A stretch of 12,959 nucleotides of DNA from Candidatus Woesearchaeota archaeon (GCA_964573185.1 CAZNIQ010000008.1:1-12959), one strand, 5' to 3'. Positions 6,978 through 12,842 are shown, counted from the stretch's first letter. Numbers and translations are program-made. Notes: generated by a model from the sequence alone, not told the origin.

Positions 6978-7251
6978 TTAATGCTTTAAGATACTCTTGC
7001 TTAAATTCTTGTAATTTCTGGATTATTCTTTTAACAGCATTTATTAAAGCTTCTCTTGGTTTCTCTTTCCCATTCGTTTCTAATATAAATTCCGCTTCAT
7101 TTTTTAATGGATGTTGAATTCTATAAGCTGCTAGAACTACATTAGGATCATTCCATAACTCTTTTCTCAAGATATTCAAAAAAGTATGTGTTTCCCCTTT
7201 GAAAACAATCTTCATTTTTGTATTGGTTTCCTCTATTATTTGGAATTGCAT
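6961..7251 (-). CDS. rpoL: DNA-directed RNA polymerase subunit L (Rpo11)
   Basis: 96 aa. GETHTFLNILRKEL...DPNV..AAYRIQHPL matches the RpoL/Rpb11 dimerisation-domain pattern (G-E-x-H-T-x-x-N-x-L-R). Confidence 0.88.
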   Translation of the reverse strand: MQFQIIEETNTKMKIVFKGETHTFLNILRKELWNDPNVVLAAYRIQHPLKNEAEFILETNGKEKPREALINAVKRIIQKLQEFKQEYLKALNEFKS

Positions 7252-7273
7252 AACATGGTTGATTAAAGTTCCG

Positions 7274-7290
7274 TTTTTAAGTTTTTATAA
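7274..7290. promoter_or_regulatory. Adjacent divergent TATA-like elements for rpoL and P1
   Basis: CTTAAAAA (reverse complement of 7274-7281) is centred 26.5 nt from the rpoL ATG (7251). TTTTATAA (7283-7290) is centred 26.5 nt from the P1 ATG (7313). Confidence 0.5.
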
Positions 7291-7312
7291 GAATCCCGAT
7301 TTATACTTATTC

Positions 7313-7864
7313 ATGAAATTTTCTGATCCAAGAAAAATAATCATTGAAGAAATAAAGGAAGAGGAGAAAGTTGAGCATGATATAGAATATTTACTTAATA
7401 ATTTTACACATTTAATAAATTTCCTTAACAGGGAATTCTTAACATTTGGAAAATTAATGAAAATTGAAGAAGAGAAAAGAACCTTAGCGAGAGAATTACA
7501 AGAAATTGAAAGAAGGTTAAGAATGTTTCTAACACAAATACACGAGTTTGAAGAATTTCTTAGAAAAGGAAATTGGAATATATCTTTAAGAGAATTGGGA
7601 ATTTTAAATAGTTTTGAAAGCTTTTTAAAGAGATTCGTGAATGTTGCTATTGAAAGAGTAGAAAAATTATGTGAAGAAGAAAAAAGAATTTTAGATGAAA
7701 TGAAACAAGAAATTAATAAGGAGCTACAGGAATTGAAAACAATAATAAAAGCTGAGAGAGGTGAATTACATAATTTATCGGAATTAGAAAAGCTGATTGA
7801 AAAAGAAAAATCCATTTATACGCAATTACCTGGAACGTTACTTAAAGGAAATCTTTTTAGGTAA
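7313..7864 (+). CDS. Hypothetical all-helical coiled-coil protein P1 (183 aa)
   Basis: K/E/L-rich heptad-like sequence (LARELQEIERRLRMFLTQIHEFEEFL; EEEKRILDEMKQEINKELQELKTIIKAE). I recognise no family. The track start at 7199 would overlap rpoL divergently by 53 nt and reads like an antisense shadow. ATG 7313 has correct TATA spacing. Confidence 0.7.
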   Translation: MKFSDPRKIIIEEIKEEEKVEHDIEYLLNNFTHLINFLNREFLTFGKLMKIEEEKRTLARELQEIERRLRMFLTQIHEFEEFLRKGNWNISLRELGILNSFESFLKRFVNVAIERVEKLCEEEKRILDEMKQEINKELQELKTIIKAERGELHNLSELEKLIEKEKSIYTQLPGTLLKGNLFR

Positions 7865-7885
7865 GAACATATATAAAATGAAAAC

Positions 7886-8383
7886 ATGAGAGGGTTATTT
7901 GGGTTCTTTAGAGGGAAGAAAAAGAAGCAAATAGATATTTCTGGGTTTGTAAGAAAAGAACCAAGTGGTTTGGGATACTCAAGTATTTCCGTACAGATCG
8001 GTGCAAGAGGTTTTCCATATATTGGAAAGATCGCTATGGTCTGGGCACAAAAACTGAAAAAAGATTTATCAGAAGCACAAGAGATACTTAAGAAAGAAGA
8101 AACAGAAGTTGCGGGCATCTCAAAAATTATCGAAGAGTTGTGGAAACTTGAACAAGAAAAATTGAAACTGTATAGATATTTAATGCTTATGGCAAAGAAA
8201 CCTGCAAATCTTCCAAAAGCAATAAAAGTTATTGAAACTTTAGATAAATTGATTCAAAAACAAATAGTTCTAATAAAACATCTCGCAAAGGAAGAGGGTT
8301 CTGAAAAACACACATTGGAAAAAGAGCGTGCCTTGCTAAAACAATTAAAAGGATTATTAGAAAAATATATACAACAAATGTGA
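7886..8383 (+). CDS. Hypothetical protein P2 (165 aa): amphipathic basic N-terminus, G/S/P-rich linker, C-terminal coiled coil
   Basis: Begins MRGLFGFFRGKKKKQ, followed by a linker of about 35 aa (EPSGLGYSSISVQIGARGFPYIGK), then about 110 aa of heptad-like helix. It lies 21 nt after P1 with no correctly spaced promoter, so it is probably co-transcribed. Confidence 0.7.
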   Translation: MRGLFGFFRGKKKKQIDISGFVRKEPSGLGYSSISVQIGARGFPYIGKIAMVWAQKLKKDLSEAQEILKKEETEVAGISKIIEELWKLEQEKLKLYRYLMLMAKKPANLPKAIKVIETLDKLIQKQIVLIKHLAKEEGSEKHTLEKERALLKQLKGLLEKYIQQM

Positions 8384-8403
8384 AATAATAAAAGACGAAG
8401 CCC

Positions 8404-8928
8404 TCACAAATCATTCACCAATTCTTCTAACGTTTTTCTAAATTCGTCCAAAATCCCATGTAAATCTAAGTTTAGAATTCTCTCTAATTCACTCATACTT
8501 TCGAAATCTACTTTTCCTTCTTTTATAAGTTCTATGATTGTTTTCCCCATTTTATCCCTACATTCCTTATATGAATTCCTTTGAGTACACATATTTAGCA
8601 ATCCCCATACCAATAAATCATGAAATTTTAGCTTTTTATCAGAAGATAGAGATTTTAATACAAACTTCCAGCCAGCTATATAATTTAAATCATCGTCAGC
8701 CGTAAAATCAAAACCAGTATCATAATTTTCCAAGGATTTTGCTGTTCTTACTATTCCTTGTGGTAATTCAATAATAAAATAATATATGTCAAAACCAAAA
8801 GATATTTTTCCTAAAACATTGTTATAACCGAATTCTCTTGCAAATCTATTAATATATTCATGGAATACTTTTGCATAAGATCGCATTAATTGTAGAACTT
8901 CTGAGATAAACTTCTCATACGCGCTCAT
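8404..8928 (-). CDS. Hypothetical globular protein P3 (174 aa)
   Basis: Aromatic-rich, non-repetitive sequence (FGFDIYYFIIELPQG, DFTADDDLNYIAGWKF) unlike its coiled-coil neighbours. It has its own TATA (reverse complement of 8951-8958) centred 26.5 nt upstream of the ATG. No family recognised. Confidence 0.7.
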   Translation of the reverse strand: MSAYEKFISEVLQLMRSYAKVFHEYINRFAREFGYNNVLGKISFGFDIYYFIIELPQGIVRTAKSLENYDTGFDFTADDDLNYIAGWKFVLKSLSSDKKLKFHDLLVWGLLNMCTQRNSYKECRDKMGKTIIELIKEGKVDFESMSELERILNLDLHGILDEFRKTLEELVNDL

Positions 8929-8949
8929 GAATAATGTTACTACTTCTAC

Positions 8950-8960
8950 TTTATAAAAAT
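8950..8960 (-). promoter_or_regulatory. TATA-like box for P3
   Basis: On the - strand ATTTTTATAAA; the octamer is centred 26.5 nt from the ATG at 8928. Confidence 0.45.
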
Positions 8961-8994
8961 TATTATCTATTTATACATAGTAGATTTTTAAAAC

Positions 8995-9003
8995 AATATT
9001 AAG
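8995..9003 (+). promoter_or_regulatory. TATA-like box for the P4-P5 operon
   Basis: TTTTTAAAA; the octamer 8996-9003 is centred 26.5 nt from the ATG at 9026. Confidence 0.45.
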
Positions 9004-9025
9004 AGAGAAGAAAAATATATTCTTT

Positions 9026-9250
9026 ATGCCCATTGATGAAAAACTTTCTAAGGAAAAAGAGGAGGATGTTCTAAAAGAAGAAATCGAGGTATTGGAAAGG
9101 GAAATAAAGTTAGCGATACTTGAATTGGAAGATCTAAAAGAAGATTTAAAAGAGTTAGGACTAAAGGAAAAATTAGAAGAGGATATAGAAGAAGTGGAGA
9201 AGTTCCTAAACAATGCTTATGAAATCGCGAAATTATTAAAACAATGGTAA
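9026..9250 (+). CDS. Hypothetical small, highly acidic coiled-coil protein P4 (74 aa)
   Basis: EEDVLKEEIEVLEREIKLAILELEDLKEDLKELGLKEKLEEDIEEVEKFL. The stop overlaps the P5 start (CAATGGTAA, 7-nt overlap), implying translational coupling. Confidence 0.65.
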   Translation: MPIDEKLSKEKEEDVLKEEIEVLEREIKLAILELEDLKEDLKELGLKEKLEEDIEEVEKFLNNAYEIAKLLKQW

Positions 9251-9948
9251 AGCTATCGGGTTTAGTAAAAAGGAGAACAAACAGATTATTAAAAACATTA
9301 AAGCAGTTTGGTAAAGAATTAGGAATTGAAGAAAAAGATTTGGAAAAACTTGAAATCTCGCTAAAGCAAGAAATAGAAAATTTAGAAAGACTAGAAAACG
9401 AAATTGGTAGAGAAACAGGAAAACTACTGAAAATATTATTGGAATATGAAGTTACAAAAAAAGAGCTTGCTACAAAAATAGTAAATGTTATACATATCTT
9501 GGCAGGAGTGCAAGGAAAAATACATAACCTAAGAGTAAGAGTTGCAAATGTTGGAACAAGAATAAAAACATTAATCAAAAAAGGAATTGGAAAATCTGCT
9601 TTGTTAGCACTAAAAGCCGCTGGATGGGCTGGATCTCCTACTGCGAGGCAGACGGCAGAAGCAGCAGAAGAAGAAATAGAGGAAACAATAATGTTAGAGA
9701 GACAATCGGCTTCTGCGATAAGATCTTTGAATAGAATTCTTTATGAAGTCAACGCAAGTATTGAAGGTACGCTTCAAAGATTAAAGGAGATAAATAATAA
9801 AGAAAAAAAGCTCTTAGATCAAATAAAGAATAATTTAAATAAAGAAGAAGAAATAATAAATAAAGCCCTACATATAGAAGCGACATTAAAAAATTTAGAA
9901 AGCCAATTAAGTCAAGTTTTGTCAGAACTACAAAGAACTAGTTCTTAA
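9244..9948 (+). CDS. Hypothetical protein P5 (234 aa): basic N-terminal helix and two coiled-coil arms flanking a central basic/hydrophobic region that ends in an Ala/Gly-rich segment
   Basis: N-terminus MVKLSGLVKRRTNRLLKTLKQF. Heptad-like arms at about residues 25-77 and 142-230. The central segment is IHILAGVQGKIHNLRVRVANVGTRIKTLIKKGIGKSALLALKAAGWAGSPTARQTAEAAEEE. No family recognised. Confidence 0.75.
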   Translation: MVKLSGLVKRRTNRLLKTLKQFGKELGIEEKDLEKLEISLKQEIENLERLENEIGRETGKLLKILLEYEVTKKELATKIVNVIHILAGVQGKIHNLRVRVANVGTRIKTLIKKGIGKSALLALKAAGWAGSPTARQTAEAAEEEIEETIMLERQSASAIRSLNRILYEVNASIEGTLQRLKEINNKEKKLLDQIKNNLNKEEEIINKALHIEATLKNLESQLSQVLSELQRTSS

Positions 9949-11602
9949 AGCTCAATATCTTTACCTCCCCAGTCCTTAAATTTTTTATAACAACTTTTGC
10001 CGGATCGGGAATATGTCCCATTTCTTTTTGGAATATTGTTAAGCCTTGCCAACATGAAGCATTGATTAAATCAATACCTTTATAGTTTCCATAAGCCGTA
10101 CGATGAATGTGACCAGTAACAAAGATATCCGGGATGGGATCAATTAACAGAGGATCTTCTGATGGGTATGGGATGTATGCTGTGGAACCATGAGTTGGAG
10201 CTAAATGTCTTAGTTGTAACATAAATTTCATTATCAAAACGGCATTTTCATATCCCCCATTTTGCCTTATCATTTCAACATTAGATACTAACCAATCCAT
10301 AGAATAACCATGATATATCAAAGTTAAAAATCCTTGGAAATCTTTAGTATAATGTATTCTAACGTAAGAAGGATTGGATAAGAAATAAACATTTTTCATT
10401 TGATACGCATTTGGTAAATATTCTTTTGGTATTGGAGGTTGTGGCTCTGCTAGTCTAACAACAACATCGTGATTTCCGGGTATTACTATTATTTTTATAT
10501 GTTCTGGGACTTCCTCTAAATACTTTTCAAATACTTCATATTGTTTATATATATCATCTATTTCCAATTCTTCCCTTTGATTTGGATATACACCAATACC
10601 ATCAACTATATCCCCAGGAATTACCCAGTAAGCCACTTTTCTTGCCATCTCCCTTTGTTTCTCATTTCCATATTCTCCTTTCAACCATTTAATAAATTTT
10701 TCAAATTCCTTTTTTAAGAAAAGCTTATTTCCGAACTGGAAATCGCCAGTAAATATAACATAAATATCTTCTTTTATCGGAGCAGTCTTCTTTTCCTTTT
10801 GAGGAACGTCTGGTAAGAATATTTGTTCAGGAAATACGGTTTCGTTTTTAATCGTACCGAAAACCCCTATAACAGAATCCTCCGGAATACTTTTAGCTAA
10901 AGAATATAATTCGCTATCTTTTTTAACGTAAACTGTAATATAACCAGTAGGATCTTCTAAAATTAGTTTAACATTACCGTTAGGCAAAATTCTCTTTTCA
11001 TAAACTAATCCTGCTATAGAAACTTCTTCATTTTCTTTTTTCTTAGCTAGATCTATACTAACCACATTTAACATTTCTTTATGCAATTTCAAAGCTTTCA
11101 TCAATTTCTTTAATCTTACTTTGAAATATTGTGCCCAAGCAGGAACAGATATCTCCTCAGGAGGATTTACATAGTTTTTCTCAATTTTGATATTTGTTTC
11201 AATTTCTTCTCCTATATATCTTTTCTTTGGCTCTATAATTTCTACTTCTTTTGGTTTCTCCTTTATAATAACTTTCTGCTCAATTTTCACTGTTTTCTCT
11301 ATTTTTACTTCTTCAGTTTCTTTTACCTCTTTAAAGAATTGAGTAAGTGTTATAGATTTTCCATTTGTTTTTACTTTAATTTTCCTTTCTTTTCTTAAAG
11401 TTTCACCCGTTTTTTTATTCTTTACTTTAACTAAAACTTCTTTTGTCAAAATTCTTGGTATGTTATTTCCATATACTAATCTCAAATTCTTTAGGAATTC
11501 TTCTATATCAAAATCTCCATTTATCTCTTCAAGAAAATCTGCTGTAACTATAAATCCTCTTCTCGCAAATTCTTCAATTATCCTTTTTATCTTTGGATTC
11601 AT
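9938..11602 (-). CDS. dp1: DNA polymerase II (PolD) small subunit DP1, with a calcineurin-like phosphoesterase domain
   Basis: Phosphoesterase motifs PGDIVDG, PGNHD, YHGYS and TGHIHRT are present. Also present are the OB-fold region, the conserved N-terminal domain and a K/E-rich linker. Motif I reads GDFQFG rather than the usual D-x-H. The ATG overlaps the cdc6 stop (ATGA). Confidence 0.93.
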   Translation of the reverse strand: MNPKIKRIIEEFARRGFIVTADFLEEINGDFDIEEFLKNLRLVYGNNIPRILTKEVLVKVKNKKTGETLRKERKIKVKTNGKSITLTQFFKEVKETEEVKIEKTVKIEQKVIIKEKPKEVEIIEPKKRYIGEEIETNIKIEKNYVNPPEEISVPAWAQYFKVRLKKLMKALKLHKEMLNVVSIDLAKKKENEEVSIAGLVYEKRILPNGNVKLILEDPTGYITVYVKKDSELYSLAKSIPEDSVIGVFGTIKNETVFPEQIFLPDVPQKEKKTAPIKEDIYVIFTGDFQFGNKLFLKKEFEKFIKWLKGEYGNEKQREMARKVAYWVIPGDIVDGIGVYPNQREELEIDDIYKQYEVFEKYLEEVPEHIKIIVIPGNHDVVVRLAEPQPPIPKEYLPNAYQMKNVYFLSNPSYVRIHYTKDFQGFLTLIYHGYSMDWLVSNVEMIRQNGGYENAVLIMKFMLQLRHLAPTHGSTAYIPYPSEDPLLIDPIPDIFVTGHIHRTAYGNYKGIDLINASCWQGLTIFQKEMGHIPDPAKVVIKNLRTGEVKILSFKN

Positions 11603-12825
11603 AGGAACTCCTCTTTTAGCAAATTCACTATCTTTTCATATACTTTGTCTGAAAAATTAATTGTGATTTCTCTTGTTCTACCGTATCTTCCTCTAGAAAT
11701 CACTTTTGCGTTTATAATACCAAGCATGTCTAACTCTGCTATAATATCTGAAACTCTTCTTTGGGTTAGAGGTGGCAACCCTATTTCCTTGCAAACCTTT
11801 GTATATTCTTCATAAACTTTTCCAGTATATGTCTTTTCGGAAGGATCCTTTACTAATCTTAAAATTGCAAACAATACTAATTGAGCTTGTTTTGGTAAAG
11901 ATCTTATCAATTCTGTTAAAGTATCTGTTTCTAACTTTTCTAAAGCTTTATCTACATGCTCCAATGTTATTTTTTCAGCACCCTCTCTTTCTGCAATCTC
12001 ACCAGCTAGTCTTAACAACTCTAAAGCTTTTCTAGCATCCCCATGTTCCCTTGCAGCAATTGCAGCTATCTTTTCAATAACTCCTTCCTCTATAACCCCT
12101 TCTCTAAAAGCCAACTTTGCTCTTTGATATAAAATATCTTTTAGTTGTTGAGCGTTATAAGGAGGAAATAAAATTTCCTCTGCATCCAATGAAGACTTTA
12201 TTCTAGGGTCTATATCATCTAAGAACGTCAAAGAGTTGGAAATCCCAACAAAGGATACCTGCGCTTTTTGCAATTCAGAATTTATTCTTGTAAGATTATA
12301 TAAAACTTCATCACCAGCCTTCTTAACCAAATGATCTATTTCATCTAAAATAATAATTACAACTTGCTCTTTTTTATCTAATAGCTCGAAGAACTTTCTA
12401 TATAGAATATCTAAAGGTAGACCTGTTGAAGGAACCTTGCCACCTAATTCATGTATTAGATTTGCAATAACTCTATATTCCGTATCAGAAACTTTTTTCA
12501 TCTTGCAATTAACATAGAGGATTTTAACAGGGACGTTATATTTTTGAGCGGCTCTTTCTAAGTGTATAGAAACGTATTTTGCAGTTAAAGTTTTACCAGT
12601 ACCTGTCTTTCCATACAAAAACACATTTGAAGGCTTTTCCAGTCTTAAAGCAGGAGCAAGAATAGCTGTCAATTGCTTTATTTGCTCTTCCCTATGTAAA
12701 ATTGTCTCAGGAATATAAGAATCTGTTAAAACCTTTCTGTTTACAAACAGAGATTTCTTTTTGACATATTGATCAAAGAAAGTTTCAAGGAAATCTGTTA
12801 TCTTTACTTGACTCATGGGATACAC
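11599..12825 (-). CDS. cdc6: Orc1/Cdc6 replication initiator (AAA+ with C-terminal winged helix)
   Basis: Walker A LYGKTGTGKT, Walker B IIILDEIDHL, sensor-1 FVGISNS and a winged-helix C-terminus (ISRGRYGRTREI). Met4 (12816) is an alternative start. Confidence 0.96.
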   Translation of the reverse strand: MYPMSQVKITDFLETFFDQYVKKKSLFVNRKVLTDSYIPETILHREEQIKQLTAILAPALRLEKPSNVFLYGKTGTGKTLTAKYVSIHLERAAQKYNVPVKILYVNCKMKKVSDTEYRVIANLIHELGGKVPSTGLPLDILYRKFFELLDKKEQVVIIILDEIDHLVKKAGDEVLYNLTRINSELQKAQVSFVGISNSLTFLDDIDPRIKSSLDAEEILFPPYNAQQLKDILYQRAKLAFREGVIEEGVIEKIAAIAAREHGDARKALELLRLAGEIAEREGAEKITLEHVDKALEKLETDTLTELIRSLPKQAQLVLFAILRLVKDPSEKTYTGKVYEEYTKVCKEIGLPPLTQRRVSDIIAELDMLGIINAKVISRGRYGRTREITINFSDKVYEKIVNLLKEEFL

Positions 12826-12842
12826 ATGAAATAAACCTTAAC

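Noticed and set aside
7199-7312. 38-codon N-terminal extension of P1 (MKTIFIFVLVSSIIWNCITWLI...), which would give P1 a TM anchor
   Set aside because: It would overlap the rpoL 5' end divergently by 53 nt and place the promoter inside rpoL. The hydrophobic sequence is the antisense shadow of the rpoL N-terminal codons. ATG 7313 has a TATA box at the standard 26.5-nt spacing.
7285-7815. 176-aa ORF on the - strand opposite P1. Similar track ORFs: 317-502(+), 2366-2584(+), 4670-5038(+), 5714-5962(+), 7816-8118(-), 8229-8414(-), 8971-9213(-), 9048-9578(-), 11129-11398(+), 11460-11660(+) and 11772-12035(+).
   Set aside because: All are S/F/L/I-rich low-complexity translations lying antisense to convincing genes. 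This is the expected shadow of K/E-rich GAA/AAG-type codons. None has a recognisable motif or a correctly placed promoter.
7869-7878. ATATATAAAA immediately upstream of P2 as a dedicated promoter
   Set aside because: It is centred only about 12 nt before the P2 ATG. It would place the TSS inside the gene, about 135 nt upstream of the next in-frame Met (Met51, nt 8036). Co-transcription with P1 is simpler.
7862-7888. P1 and P2 are in the same reading frame, which raises the possibility of stop-codon read-through or a split gene
   Set aside because: Two in-frame stops (TAA 7862-7864 and TAA 7874-7876) separate them, and P2 has its own ATG. Nothing suggests recoding.
8929-9025. The largest internal intergenic spacer (97 bp) as a home for a C/D-box sRNA, CRISPR remnant or other small RNA
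   Set aside because: Neither strand has a C box (TGATGA) and D box (CTGA) pair, a direct repeat or a significant stem. Two oppositely oriented TATA boxes at correct spacing account for the spacer.
9583-9666. Local G+C spike inside P5 as a possible embedded structured ncRNA, given that GC islands mark RNA genes in AT-rich hyperthermophiles
   Set aside because: The only complementarity I could find is a 4-bp stem (CTGC-GAG-GCAG). The G+C is fully explained by Ala/Gly/Pro/Arg codons of an in-frame protein segment.
11130-11400. Repetitive K/E/I/V-rich stretch in DP1 (KIEKTVKIEQKVIIKEKPKEVEIIEPKK) as a tandem DNA repeat or insertion
   Set aside because: It is low-complexity but not a clean tandem repeat at the DNA level. 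It corresponds to the variable linker between the DP1 N-terminal domain and the OB fold, which is known to be poorly conserved.
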